Positions 34,089-44,816 of a stretch of DNA of 64,000 nucleotides are shown piece by piece. Within the stretch, counting starts at the first letter, position 1; the number at the start of each line of letters is the position of its first letter. Below the pieces are notes generated by a model. That model saw nothing but the letters and a program-made list of their open reading frames with translations, had not been told where the DNA came from and searched no databases. This DNA comes from an uncultured Acidimicrobiia bacterium (GTDB taxonomy: Bacteria > Acidobacteriota > Terriglobia > Versatilivoradales > Versatilivoraceae): positions 640,001 through 704,000 of the forward strand of contig CAWBAT010000006.1 in assembly GCA_963786955.1 (NCBI GenBank). Direction: 5' to 3'. Both the position numbers and the translations under genes were made by a program.

Positions 34089-34213
34089 CGGACTTGGCCC
34101 CCCTTCTTGAGGGAATGCGGGCACGATGTCTTGATGTTCCTCGTCCTTTTACATGGAGGGAGAGAAGCCGAAATCTCATATGGCGCTGCTCCATGGAAAT
34201 TGCTTTCTCGCCT

Positions 34214-35881
34214 CTATAGCGGCAATACCTTATAAATCAAATAAACCGGCTGGCGGTCACGTTGGTAAAAGGTCTCGATCAATTGAGTTCTGCGTTGGCA
34301 TTTTTGCAGCGCGTGACTGAAAGTATCGAGCATCGGGAAATATTTCATACTTCCTCGCATGAAAAACAAAAAGTGTGTTTGACCGTTCCAGCAGATGGCA
34401 CATCCTACGTATTTTTTCTTCTTCATTTGGGGAATCTTTGATGGATACAAAGGATTCCTCCTTCCTGACCCTTCCCTGCGTCAACACCAACAACTGGTTG
34501 CTGAATCCCCAGTCCATGAGCGCGTAATACTTGTCAGGATGATCGTGCGTATATTCAGCCAGACGGTAGATGGCATCAGACCATATGCCTACTCCACCGG
34601 TTCGCTTCAATGACTGCAAATATCGAACATCCGCGTAAAGCTGGGAAATGACGAATAGAAGCCCTAGTGCAAACCCCACCAGCCGATAACTAGGAAACCA
34701 TCGCCGGAGCGGGACCTTATCCAGGCCTTCGCTCTGGCACAGCGCTGAGGCAATAACAAGATGCGAAAAAGGGTACACGCTCACAAAATGCTGAATGCCA
34801 GTGGCTCCAGGAGTCATGAAAATCATTCCTATCATTGAAGCCAAAAGGACAAGGTAAAACAGAACGCTGGATCTGAATTGAAGCCGGCCTTCTTCTAAAA
34901 GGACGGCAATCACAATTATGGAGAGGATAAGCCCCGCAAACTGAAACGTACCGTTGTGCGCAATGGTCCCTCCTATAGCGGCCAGGGTGCTGCCAAGGCC
35001 GGCTCCGTTTTCGCGCTTAAGAAGCGGAGCCAAATTCTGCAACAGTTCGTTGTTGAAAAAATTGTATACCGCTGTTCCGTTCAAGGTACCGATGAGGACA
35101 TTCCAGCGCAGCATGAAATCTTGAAGCCACGAAAGGTGGAATAGGTTTGGATTCGTCAGCGAACCTCCCTGAGTTTTAATGGCGAATACAATGAATGGGA
35201 AACCGCCAGCCAGAAAACTAATGAGAACCAATCCGCCACTCTTTACCGTCAATCTCTCTTTGAAGGAGGACCAAAAGCAGAGGGGCAAGGCTGCAGCCAA
35301 CGCGGCGACATACCAGACAAAAATGATTTTGTCGAAGACACCAATCCCCATCAGAAAGCAAGCTACCCCAAGCCAAAGCGCATCCCCTTGATTCATCCAG
35401 CGGAAGACGAAGTAAAGGGAAGAGACCTTCAAAGCCATCATCAGAGCAATGGGTCCCCAATCCGTTTTTTGCATGAAGATGAAAGTGGGATCGGAGGCCA
35501 AAAGCACGACGCCCACGAGTGCGGTGCACGGACCAAGCGTTTGACGAAACAGTGCATTAGTGAAGATCAACGTAACGAGACCGAGCAGGATGACGGGTAG
35601 TCGTACCGCGGCGACTCCAGACCCCCAGAATTTGAAAATGGGGTAATACAAGTAAGCCTTTACGGCCCCTATATACGGCATCAGCATCACTGGCAAACGG
35701 TAACCTGCCACTGTCGTTTCCCAAGCGACGAAGGACCCATCAAGGTTCCCCAACGCTGCATCGGCAAAGAGGACTTCATCATATTGGAGCCCCGGAAGAT
35801 CTAGATCGAGAGTGAAAAAAACAGATAAACAGCAATGGGGATCAGTAGGAACGCGGGCGTAGCTCGAATTTGCAGTGTCAT
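34214..35881 (-). CDS. GT-C fold (ArnT/PMT, GT39-like) membrane glycosyltransferase; frameshifts at both ends
   Basis: PGLQYDEVLF acidic motif in the first loop, multiple TM helices and a periplasmic C-terminal domain. Confidence 0.8.
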
Positions 35882-36015
35882 GACTTGATCCGGATCAAAA
35901 ACCAGGCCCTTTGATCAGGCGATTATAAGCAATGGGTAGTTTCTATCCGGAATGGAGGTCTTTCGAATTGAGCTGGGATTACTTTCGAGGCTCGGAGACA
36001 AGCGTAGAGAATTCA

Positions 36016-36651
36016 TCACAGAGCCGTATTTCCGTTTGTGGCTTTGCCCAGCTTGCTGATGAGTTGATCGAGAACCGTTCCGATCGTGCCGCCAGCATCA
36101 ACGGATATGAGAAGACCCAGCTTTCGGTATCTCGCAGCAATCGGTTTGATATCCTTCATATACTCCCGGTAACGCTTGCGCACAATCGTGGGCTCGTCAT
36201 CTTCCCGCTTGTGGACTGCCAGTCCCGCGGGAGGAGGATTGTTCGGAATATGGTAGGAATGCCCGAAGTCATCAATCACTCGCCCGGTCACTCTGACAAC
36301 ACATTCCTGTTCATCCACTTCGAAAAGGAGCACCGCGTTAAATAGGAGGATCCTTTCCAGCGCAACGGATTGCCCGAGAGTTCGGGGATATCCATCTAAC
36401 ACAAATCCCTTGCCTGGATTGTTGGCCACAAACGATTCAAAGATTTGTTCGACGAGATCGTCCGGCACCAATTTCCCTTCCCGGACGTAGGCAGAAGTTC
36501 TCTTCCCTAACTCGGTATCTCTGTCAACCTCCGAACGCAAGGTTTCGCCCAGTGAGAAATGCTTTAGCCCAAAAATCGCTGCGAGGAGTTTTGCTTGAGT
36601 ACCTTTCCCACATCCCGGGGGTCCAAGAACGGCAAGATTCATCATGGTCAA
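36016..36651 (-). CDS. adk: Adenylate kinase family protein
   Basis: GPPGCGKGTQA, GKLVPDD, FVLDGYPRT, REDD. Confidence 0.9.
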   Translation of the reverse strand: MTMMNLAVLGPPGCGKGTQAKLLAAIFGLKHFSLGETLRSEVDRDTELGKRTSAYVREGKLVPDDLVEQIFESFVANNPGKGFVLDGYPRTLGQSVALERILLFNAVLLFEVDEQECVVRVTGRVIDDFGHSYHIPNNPPPAGLAVHKREDDEPTIVRKRYREYMKDIKPIAARYRKLGLLISVDAGGTIGTVLDQLISKLGKATNGNTAL

Positions 36652-36902
36652 CCATCCTGCTATAAGAGAGTTAGAATTGCCTTCTTCAAAAAGATACTAT
36701 TGAACTGACAAAAGCTGGCCGAGCCAAAGGGTTGGTTGCCATCTCCGAATGCACTCTTGGCGAGTGCTTTCTGGATTCCTCCTCCAACCAGAAGAGGGTC
36801 TGAATTGCTTCAAATCTTTGACACAACTCCCGCTCGTGCGGGAATAAAGCTACTTAAGGCTTATTGGAAAAAAACTGGGCAGGATAAGCTACAAGAAAGA
36901 TT

Positions 36903-36978
36903 TGGAGGCGAGGAGGGGAGTCGAACCCCTGAATAAAGGTTTTGCAGACCTCTCCCTTAACCACTTGGGTACCTCGCC
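36903..36978 (-). tRNA. tRNA-Cys (GCA) with encoded CCA
   Basis: Reverse complement GGCGAGGTACCCAAGTGGTTAAGGGAGAGGTCTGCAAAACCTTTATTCAGGGGTTCGACTCCCCTCCTCGCCTCCA folds as a cloverleaf. Confidence 0.97.
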
Positions 36979-37193
36979 GCACCGGAAAACATTAATACCA
37001 CGTTCCTAATACAGCCATTTCGAGTTATACACTGCGCATGGTAATTTCGTCAAGAAAGGGATTAGAGAACTATCAGCAACTGGAGGGCACCCTGGTCGAC
37101 CGGGACGAACGCGGTCTGAATTCCGTTGCCCCCAACTCTCGCTTCATTGAGTAGAGCGGGTCTCTATTTTGCCTTTTCGTCACCTTGTGAGGC

Positions 37194-38510
37194 TCATTTT
37201 CTGAAGAGTGCCTCATATTTCAAAGGCATTCCCTTCTCCCAAGGATGATAACTATTGCAAAAATCAATGCGATCGCCGAGCGTGGGATGAGAGGAACGCC
37301 ACAATATGTACAACCAGCCGGGCCGAGGAATAGCGAGATTCTCTTCCTGCAATTTCACAAACGCTGTAGCCGCCGCGTGATTGGTTTGGGTGATCTCCAG
37401 ACCAAAGCGATCTGCCTCGTGCTCATGATAGCGGGTAAAAGTGAATACCATGGGGGTGATCACAAAAAAGCAAATATTCATGAGCAACAGGATAAGGGGC
37501 AAGGAGGCAATATCCGAAAGCTGGTCGAATCCAAACCGGTCTTTGAACCGATTAATGAGACCGCCGGCGATGCGATATGTGGCATACAGCGTGATCATGA
37601 TCAGCAGTGAGAAGAAGAAAATGCTCTTCACTACGTGGCCGAGCACGTAATGCCCCATTTCGTGGCCCATCACGAAGAGAAGTTCTTTGTCGTTGAGCTT
37701 AGCGATGAGGGTATCCCATAGGACGATGCGTTTGGTTCCCAAGAAACCGGTCACATAAGCATTGACGGTTTTGGTATCCACACTTTTGTTGACCTCGAAA
37801 ACGCGGCTTCCTTCAATGCCGGCGTGTTCCGCCAGTGTGAGAATCTTAGCTTCAAGTGCTTGGTCTTTCATCGGGCCATACTGGTTGAATAGCGGATCGA
37901 TCCAAATCGGGCTGATCAACATGATGAAAAAAAGAAAAGGGGCCATGAGAATGCCGGTGTACAGCCACCAACGTCGCGGACTTTTCTTCAACAGCAGGTA
38001 CGGAACCCACAAAAAGAAGAATCCGATAATGATACCGACCAATTCCGATTTCAATGAATCCCCGAACCATTTCCCGAAGGTTTGGTTGGAGAGATCGTAA
38101 GCATGTTGGCGAACAAAGCTTTCGTAGTATGACAATGGGAAGTCGACTACGAAATTGATGAGGGTGAAAAGAATAAAATAGAGCCCGAGGGTGAAGAACC
38201 ATTTGCGGCCCAGTTTCTGCGCCCAGTTGCGAATCTTCGCAGAATAACCGGTGAATAAAAACAACGCTGGAATCAACAATCCCCAAATTCTATCGACCAC
38301 CCATAGCACATTGCCACTGCGAAAATAGCGCAGAGCTTTATCGCTTGGATTCGGTACAGCCACTGGCCCGCTCTCTTCCTGCGCTATGAGAGCGCTTTCT
38401 GGTTGCATCGAAACCGTCCTGTTGGAATCGTGCGAGGCAGTGCGTTCTTGTGCAAAGAGACCTGTCAGAGAAAATGAGACAATGCCGATCATCAACAGAA
38501 TGGAACGCAT
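37194..38510 (-). CDS. M48 family (Ste24-like) membrane zinc metalloprotease
   Basis: NAYVTG, HEMGH, EHEADRF, SHP. Confidence 0.93.
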   Translation of the reverse strand: MRSILLMIGIVSFSLTGLFAQERTASHDSNRTVSMQPESALIAQEESGPVAVPNPSDKALRYFRSGNVLWVVDRIWGLLIPALFLFTGYSAKIRNWAQKLGRKWFFTLGLYFILFTLINFVVDFPLSYYESFVRQHAYDLSNQTFGKWFGDSLKSELVGIIIGFFFLWVPYLLLKKSPRRWWLYTGILMAPFLFFIMLISPIWIDPLFNQYGPMKDQALEAKILTLAEHAGIEGSRVFEVNKSVDTKTVNAYVTGFLGTKRIVLWDTLIAKLNDKELLFVMGHEMGHYVLGHVVKSIFFFSLLIMITLYATYRIAGGLINRFKDRFGFDQLSDIASLPLILLLMNICFFVITPMVFTFTRYHEHEADRFGLEITQTNHAAATAFVKLQEENLAIPRPGWLYILWRSSHPTLGDRIDFCNSYHPWEKGMPLKYEALFRK

Positions 38511-38689
38511 GGTTTTCCTCCTTCCTCAGATCTGCTTCTTGTAAAGGGCTATAGTGGTTCCCAATTGATCCCATGTAGCCAGCGGCTTCAAGCTCACCGG
38601 CTTTTTGCCGCGCCAGGGCCTTGCAAGTCTGCAAAAAAGCTGAGGCGGTAAAAAGTCCGGTGAAGCGCTCAGGTGAGGATCTTGCGACC

Positions 38690-39214
38690 CTAGGGCTTCA
38701 AAATAGAGAGGTACGTCCGCCAGACACCGACCTCCTCCGTGTACCGCTTTGCCATGGTGCGGCAGATTTGGGCAATGTGGTTGAGATCGTGTACGGCCCA
38801 CGTTGCCAGGAGTTGCCCGAGATTGACTGCGCCAAGCTCAGGATGGCGGCCAGGCAATGCTAACTGAGCTTCGGTTAGGTGCCAACTTCGGACAACCTCA
38901 AGGTTGGCATGCCGAAGCTCGCCGAACCGGTCGATGAGCTGGTCGAGCGACCAGCCTGTAGAGCGGTTGATCTGAGCGAAGCGGTCAAACGGCTCGAATG
39001 GTTGCTTCTCACCGTATTCGAGGATGATGCGGGCACGAGGCACCCAATCCGTCTCCTCGCCGTGGATGAGGTGCCCCACCACGTCGAATGCGCTCCAGGT
39101 GCCGGACCCGTCCCTCCTGTTGTGCCATGAAACACTCGTTCCGCGAAGAAGCGTGCCAACGACCATTGGAGTGCGACTCAGAATGTCCAGGGTATCTGGC
39201 AGATCAAAGTTCAT
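38690..39214 (-). CDS. DinB family protein (gene-cassette-like)
   Basis: WSAFDVVGHL ... WAVHDLNHIAQI His triad; it starts just after a GTTAGAC core site. Confidence 0.9.
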   Translation of the reverse strand: MNFDLPDTLDILSRTPMVVGTLLRGTSVSWHNRRDGSGTWSAFDVVGHLIHGEETDWVPRARIILEYGEKQPFEPFDRFAQINRSTGWSLDQLIDRFGELRHANLEVVRSWHLTEAQLALPGRHPELGAVNLGQLLATWAVHDLNHIAQICRTMAKRYTEEVGVWRTYLSILKP

Positions 39215-39237
39215 GCTCTTCCTCACGCTTCAGGGCC

Positions 39238-39298
39238 GTCTAACGATTCCGGTTCAGCGGCGGCGGGCAGCGCCATCGGCTGCGACGCGTTGTGATGC
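39238..39298 (-). mobile_element. Degenerate integron attC-like site (61 bp)
   Basis: Minus strand GCATCAC ... GTTAGAC (R''/R') with internal CAGCCG/CCGCTG L-box-like arms. Confidence 0.6.
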
Positions 39299-39386
39299 GG
39301 CATTGGATGGCTTCGACTTTGCAACAATTCAAAACCCTCACAAGTAAATCGATGTCTCCAAAATCACACGGAGTTCACCCTTAAAA

Positions 39387-40175
39387 TTAATTTGGTACGC
39401 GGCCCTTTACTGCGTTAGCCCGGGCACTATAGGTGATACGGCCAGTGGCATCTGCCGGCAGGCGCGCGCGCATCCGCGCTTTGAGAAGCGCGATATCCTC
39501 GGACGGCATCGCTAGGAGCTTTGGACCGACGCTCGGCCCCATGAGGATGGTCGTCCAGTAGTCATCAAAATCGGCGAACGTCCGTTGCACAGTGATCTCC
39601 CGCGTTTCGACGGCATCCAGACCGGCACCAGTCCACAATTCCCGCATTGCGTCAATTCGAGACGCGCCAGGGCTCGGTGGTACCGGAACTTCAACGTCAA
39701 GCCCGCGCATTTCAACTTGCAACGCCTCGTAAGGAAAACCACCGCCAGACATATCCCACGCGTAGGCTGCGACGGTGCCACCCCGGCAGACCACTCGTGC
39801 CATTTCAGCAACACCTTTGGCCGGGTCGGGAACGAAGAAAATCACCAGCGGCATGACAGCTGCGTCGAACGTGTCGTCGAGGAAAGGCTGTGCCATTGCA
39901 TCGCCCTGACGAAATTGGGCGACACGCGACGCGGGTCGTGTGCGCGCAAAGGCGAGCTGCCCCTCAGACGGGTCTATTCCCTGCACTGAGACTGGCGTAC
40001 ACCGCTCGACGAGCATTTCGGTAAAGGCGCCATTACCGCAGCCAACGTCGAGCCATCGCAAACCTGATTTTGGAGCAAGCCAGTCGAGGAAAGTTTCGCC
40101 TGCAAGCTGACTCCATTTCCCCATGTATCGTTCGTAGGCAGCCCCGTCGTCGAAGCGGATTTGGCTGGTCACCAT
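39387..40175 (-). CDS. Class I SAM-dependent methyltransferase
   Basis: YERYMGKWS, WLDVGCGNG, GIDPSEGQL; GGAGG RBS. Confidence 0.92.
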   Translation of the reverse strand: MVTSQIRFDDGAAYERYMGKWSQLAGETFLDWLAPKSGLRWLDVGCGNGAFTEMLVERCTPVSVQGIDPSEGQLAFARTRPASRVAQFRQGDAMAQPFLDDTFDAAVMPLVIFFVPDPAKGVAEMARVVCRGGTVAAYAWDMSGGGFPYEALQVEMRGLDVEVPVPPSPGASRIDAMRELWTGAGLDAVETREITVQRTFADFDDYWTTILMGPSVGPKLLAMPSEDIALLKARMRARLPADATGRITYSARANAVKGRVPN

Positions 40176-40529
40176 TAGTGCTTTCCTCCGGTTGGACTAA
40201 CTACGAAAAGTGGCGCTATATCGCGGTGGCTCGTGCCGCATAACTAGGTATCGCTGTAGGCTCCATTGCCTACAGCCTATAATGAATTCAACCATTTTCT
40301 TATATACCTGGATCCTCAAGTGGTTCAGATATTTGACTCCAATACTGCCCTGAGCGCAAGCGGGAATTATGGGTGTGTCGCAGCCTAACCCGCCGCGAAG
40401 CCGCGAAATAGGCTGCATAGACCCATCAATGTCCTTCTGGTGGGCTGTGAACACTACGACCGACCCCGGTCAAGAACGTGGGTGTAGATCGGTCGTTAGC
40501 ACCTCTCGACGGCCCCCCCCCCCTCTGAA

Positions 40530-40616
40530 GTCCCCCCTCAAAAAAAGGGGGGACAAACTGGAGGAGACTTTTCAAAAAGGGGGACGGAAGTGAGGACACT
40601 TCTGACAAGGGGGGAC
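40530..40616. repeat. AAGGGGG(G)AC repeat at 31-bp period; the first unit forms a hairpin
   Basis: Units end at 40554, 40585 and 40616; GTCCCCCCT/AGGGGGGAC stem. Confidence 0.6.
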
Positions 40617-40695
40617 GAGCTCGGGAATCCTAATAGATGGGGCATCGAGTGTCTTCACGCTTGAATCGGGAGATTACTGGGGGGCCTCTCGCAAT

Positions 40696-40899
40696 CTATT
40701 TCTTCCAAATCTTCTCCCACCAAGTCTCATTAATCGGCGAAGTGACGGCCACAGGTCCAATTTGCATCTTCTTGCGAATCTCGTTGATGTCCCAGCCGGT
40801 TAACTGGGCAAGATTTTGTGCTTCCCCATCCCGGCGATGTAAAAGGGAGCGACCTTTTTCGAGGGTAACAGAAACTTCAATCGAGGAACTTCGGTACAC
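40696..40899 (-). CDS. Small hypothetical protein (start uncertain)
   Basis: Protein-like C-terminus (LAQLTGWDINEIRKKM...WWEKIWKK), co-directional with the upstream DUF2784 gene. Confidence 0.4.
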   Translation of the reverse strand: MYRSSSIEVSVTLEKGRSLLHRRDGEAQNLAQLTGWDINEIRKKMQIGPVAVTSPINETWWEKIWKK

Positions 40900-40955
40900 C
40901 GATCGTTAACCTATAATGCGGGCAAGATGCCTGTACCACCAGAAAGGTCTTAATT

Positions 40956-41366
40956 TTAGAAGCCTTTCTTGCTCTGGAGGTTCTTGCGAAATGAAGGAGG
41001 GATGAGATAGGCCAGGAGCGAGAGGAAGGCTAGCGTCACATAGGTCAGCGTAAAAACCCATTCGGGGGCATCATAGAATAAGAGTTGATTCGCAAGCTGA
41101 CCGGCAAATGAGCGGTCATATCCACCTTCTCCGGCCGCATGCAGCAATTGATTCTCCAGTACCGTGAGTGGACAGGTCACGCCCAATAATGCCTCTAAAG
41201 CCACGAAAACAATGCAAAGCAGGTGCCCAATTCTTAACCTTTTACTATAAGTCCATCCCCATCCGGAAATCGAACCGACCACGAACGAAAAAGATCCAAT
41301 AAGAACAAACCCGGCGAAGATTAGATGAACGATAACCACGAGGTCAGCGGCCAATGAGTAACCCAT
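40956..41366 (-). CDS. DUF2784 family membrane protein
   Basis: LAADLVVIVHL ... CPLTVLENQL ... LLFYD. Confidence 0.85.
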   Translation of the reverse strand: MGYSLAADLVVIVHLIFAGFVLIGSFSFVVGSISGWGWTYSKRLRIGHLLCIVFVALEALLGVTCPLTVLENQLLHAAGEGGYDRSFAGQLANQLLFYDAPEWVFTLTYVTLAFLSLLAYLIPPSFRKNLQSKKGF

Positions 41367-41506
41367 GTTGTGCCTTTCTTTCTTATGCTCTCCTTAGTAT
41401 AGTTTACGTTGAAGTAAGATAAATGTTATCCACTTCACTTGATTCCCCTCAACCCGGATGTGTGCCTGCGTCACACCCAATCAATGAACCTCATGATGGA
41501 GGAAAT

Positions 41507-42430
41507 ATGCGCAATAAGAATCTCTCTCCGTACCTCAGGCTCTTCCTCGTTTTGTTTACCGCCTGGCTTGCTTCCAGCCCAGCCTATGCTCAACTTTCCG
41601 AACCTGCAGCCTGGGCTGCTCAATCTACAATTCAGTATACGGTGCCTAATGGGATCACCTACTTGGTTGCAAACAATTACGAGGCCAAGTTGGACGTTTA
41701 TCGGCCTCTGAATGCTTCCGGTCCAACGCCAACCCTGATTTATTTCCATGGGGGTGGTTGGGTGGAGGGTAACAAAAACGGGGCTGTGCCGCAATTCATC
41801 CCCTACCTCGAGATGGGATGGGCGGTTGTGAACGTGGAATACCGGTTAGCCAAAATTTCTCTGGCTCCGGCCGCTGTTGAAGACTGCCGCTGCGCTCTGC
41901 GCTGGGTGATCAGCAAAGCTAAAGAGTACAATTTCGATGTTGATAAACTGGTCGTCACCGGGCATTCCGCAGGAGGGCATCTTTCCTTGATCACTGGCAT
42001 GCTACCGGAGTCTGCAGGGCTGGATCGTCAATGTCCCGGGAACAATGAAAATCTTAAGGTGGCAGCCATCATTAACTGGTACGGAATTACGGATGTTGCT
42101 GACCTGCTGGAAGGCCCAAACAGGCAGGCATACGCTGTGGCTTGGCTGGGAAGCCTGCCGAACCGGGTTGAAGTGGCCAATCGCGTGTCTCCGTTGACTT
42201 ATGTGCGGCCCGGATTGCCGCCAATCCTGACCATCCACGGAGATGCGGACACCATTGTCCCTTACTCTCACGCAGTGCGCCTGCACGACGCCTTGACCAA
42301 AGCAGGGGTGACCAATCAGCTCGTCACCATTCCAGGCGGTAAACATGGAGGATTTTCGAAAGAAGACACTTCGAAAATCTTCACAACCATCCAGGAATTT
42401 CTCGTCAAGAACAAGCTCTTGAAACAGTGA
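41507..42430 (+). CDS. Secreted alpha/beta hydrolase (HSL/BD-FAE-like esterase)
   Basis: HGGGW, GHSAGGHL, HGDADTIVP, GGKHG; signal peptide; GGAGG RBS. Confidence 0.92.
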   Translation: MRNKNLSPYLRLFLVLFTAWLASSPAYAQLSEPAAWAAQSTIQYTVPNGITYLVANNYEAKLDVYRPLNASGPTPTLIYFHGGGWVEGNKNGAVPQFIPYLEMGWAVVNVEYRLAKISLAPAAVEDCRCALRWVISKAKEYNFDVDKLVVTGHSAGGHLSLITGMLPESAGLDRQCPGNNENLKVAAIINWYGITDVADLLEGPNRQAYAVAWLGSLPNRVEVANRVSPLTYVRPGLPPILTIHGDADTIVPYSHAVRLHDALTKAGVTNQLVTIPGGKHGGFSKEDTSKIFTTIQEFLVKNKLLKQ

Positions 42431-42589
42431 AGAGGATACAGCCCAATTCAGGTAATTGATGAAACCGAAGACGGTCAGAAAGTAGCATTTCTCAACTCAG
42501 AAACTATAGAAGGGGGGCAGGTTGGGGTAAGCGTGCCTTTCCTTTCCAGACTGACAAAGGCGGACCAGAACTCAGAAAATCATTCGCGG

Positions 42590-43432
42590 CTATTGAGAGA
42601 GCTGGCTGGCTTTAGGATATTCTGCCAAAAACCGGCGCAGAATAGCCTGTTCCAGGCGTCCCTTTCGGCGAGAAGGAACAGGAATTCGAAGCAACAGGTT
42701 CACTTTCCCCGCTTCAGGAATTTGAAGGGTGACTCTAGGCTCAACCGTAGGGGAGTCCATGAGCTGACGCTTCTCCAGGTGTTTCATGTGGATGCGCGCT
42801 TCTTCCAGAAAGGGATCGCATTCAATGTGGGCGGCCGCGAGCAATAGTTTTTCAGCCAGCTGCCAATCCTCACCGACACTCAAAGGGATAAAGAAAACAT
42901 GCATGACATAGTCATGCGTATAAGTTTCGTTGATGACGGGATTGGTGAGCAGCAGACTGTTGGGCAAAACAATTGCCCGTCCCGTATACTGATGGCTGGC
43001 GTTTCCAGGGCCAATTTCAAGAAGAGTCGTGGTGAACAGATCCTGATCCACAACATCCCCCCTCTTGCCCGCGATCTCGATTCGGTCTCCAATGGAGTAA
43101 GACTTGGAGGCCGCGCGAACAATGGCCCCGCTCAGACAGAGAATCAGCTCTTTGGTGGCAATGACCAAGGCCACCGCCAAGGCGATGAAAGAAACGACTA
43201 ACGTTCGTAATTGTTCATTCCAAATCCAAAGCAGTGTAACAAAAAGAATGAAAATCGAGGCGTTCCGGATATTCACGATCCATCGTCGCCTAGCTTCCGG
43301 GAATTGATATTCCGCCTTGACCACCATTCGAACCAGTAAAGTTCGAACAACGATGACCGCGACGAGGATGATCAGCGAACTAATCAGTTTGTTGGGTGTT
43401 GATAAGTTTGAGGTAAACCATTCCCATCTCAT
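42590..43432 (-). CDS. MscS family mechanosensitive channel
   Basis: Three TM segments, then YSIGDRIEI...RGDVVD...LPNSLLL. Confidence 0.88.
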   Translation of the reverse strand: MRWEWFTSNLSTPNKLISSLIILVAVIVVRTLLVRMVVKAEYQFPEARRRWIVNIRNASIFILFVTLLWIWNEQLRTLVVSFIALAVALVIATKELILCLSGAIVRAASKSYSIGDRIEIAGKRGDVVDQDLFTTTLLEIGPGNASHQYTGRAIVLPNSLLLTNPVINETYTHDYVMHVFFIPLSVGEDWQLAEKLLLAAAHIECDPFLEEARIHMKHLEKRQLMDSPTVEPRVTLQIPEAGKVNLLLRIPVPSRRKGRLEQAILRRFLAEYPKASQLSQ

Positions 43433-43573
43433 GAATTATTGTGAATTCCTTCCGGTTTTTCTCTTAACTGAATGATTTCATCTGAATAATCAAAACTCAT
43501 GCTGGACGTTCATAGGGTGATCGCCCTTTTCGATTCCCCAGCGAACTTTCCCCCGTCTATTAATAATTCTCTT

Positions 43574-44035
43574 TTACGTCGCGATCAACAACCGAAAAAA
43601 CCCATAACAGGAAAAGCAAATGACTAAACCTAAACAGAGCCGATGGGTGACCCGACTCGATACGTTCAGGGGAAAGTCGTTAGGCCAGGATCCAGCCAAG
43701 CATCTCGTTCAGAAATGCAGCCAACAATAGGCACAAAACGATTGGGCTTAAGGGTGAAGACGCCAAGCCGATTCCCATTGTCCCTTGAGCAACAACGACA
43801 GGGCTCGCGTCATCCCGCACAGAGGACATGGCACACCCGTTAGCCAGCGGAATCCGCAGACAGAGAACGTCGCGTTCACGGGACAGGAGAAAATGCCAGC
43901 CCGCCCAGCAGCGTGCCTAAAAATATCAGTTTGATCCTGCTCTGCGAAGAAGATATCAGACGCATTCGATCGGTCAGAATTAAACGAACTCACAAGACGA
44001 TGTTTCTTTCTTGAGTGACTCAATTCCCGGGGCAA
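43574..44035 (-). CDS. DUF2752 family membrane protein; frameshifted, start uncertain
   Basis: CGFRWLTGVPCPLCGMTRA motif, continuing after an indel as HPLSPIVL. Confidence 0.75.
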
Positions 44036-44099
44036 AACATTCGCTGAAGGCTGGCAAGGGGAACAACCTCCCTCAGCAAATGCTGGTTAATCTCTGGCT

Positions 44100-44816
44100 T
44101 CACTCACTCGATTCAAACCCTACCAAATCTTTATAGGCCGCAGTAAGCGACGCGAAGTAGAGCGGGAACGTGATGAGAATCCCCACGAGACACAGTAAGG
44201 CTCCAGAGAACGCCAACAAGCCTAGAACGAATATGAAGAGAGTAAAGCCGAAGTAATCCTTCTTCACCAATTCGTGGCTGGCTTGCATGGCAGGCCAGAA
44301 CTCCATCTTCTTATCGAAAATGAACAGATAGGTAAACTGGTACATCGCTGCTAGTACAAGGCCGGGAATGATACAAAACAGAGATCCCAGAAAAGTAAAA
44401 GCAGAGATGACGACCATGGCTAACAGGGCCGGCACGAAGAAGTTGAAACCTTTAAAGAGATCCGCTACATCTAATCGCCCTGAAGCTATTTTGCGCATGC
44501 AAGCAAAATGAAACCCGACCATGAGCGGCCCCTGCAGAATGAAGGGGACTGCCGAGTTGAGAATAAAGAAAACCAATGCCATCAGGACAAAGAGCCAAAA
44601 ATCGCCTGTCACCATCTCCCAACCCGTGTTAATCCAGCGCCCAATTTCCGCCTTTCCGCTTCCCTTCGGAACGTTGGGAGGCGGGGGAACCTGCGAAGAA
44701 AATTGACTGGCACTAGAATCCGGGCTGCTCTCTGGCCCGGTTTGCACGGAACGTCCACAGTTAGAACAGAACTTAACCTCGGGGTGTAAGTCAACACCAC
44801 AATAGGGACAATTCAT
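44100..44816 (-). CDS. Zinc-ribbon N-terminal domain integral membrane protein
   Basis: CPYCG...FCSNCG, a Pro/Ser linker and about five TM segments. Confidence 0.85.
   Translation of the reverse strand: MNCPYCGVDLHPEVKFCSNCGRSVQTGPESSPDSSASQFSSQVPPPPNVPKGSGKAEIGRWINTGWEMVTGDFWLFVLMALVFFILNSAVPFILQGPLMVGFHFACMRKIASGRLDVADLFKGFNFFVPALLAMVVISAFTFLGSLFCIIPGLVLAAMYQFTYLFIFDKKMEFWPAMQASHELVKKDYFGFTLFIFVLGLLAFSGALLCLVGILITFPLYFASLTAAYKDLVGFESSE

Noticed and set aside
34100-36903. tRNA-Cys-anchored genomic island or prophage
   Set aside because: No integrase, no phage genes and no convincing duplicate of the tRNA 3' end.
40530-40616. CRISPR mini-array
   Set aside because: The repeat is about 10 nt, the period is 31 nt, there are only three units and no cas genes.
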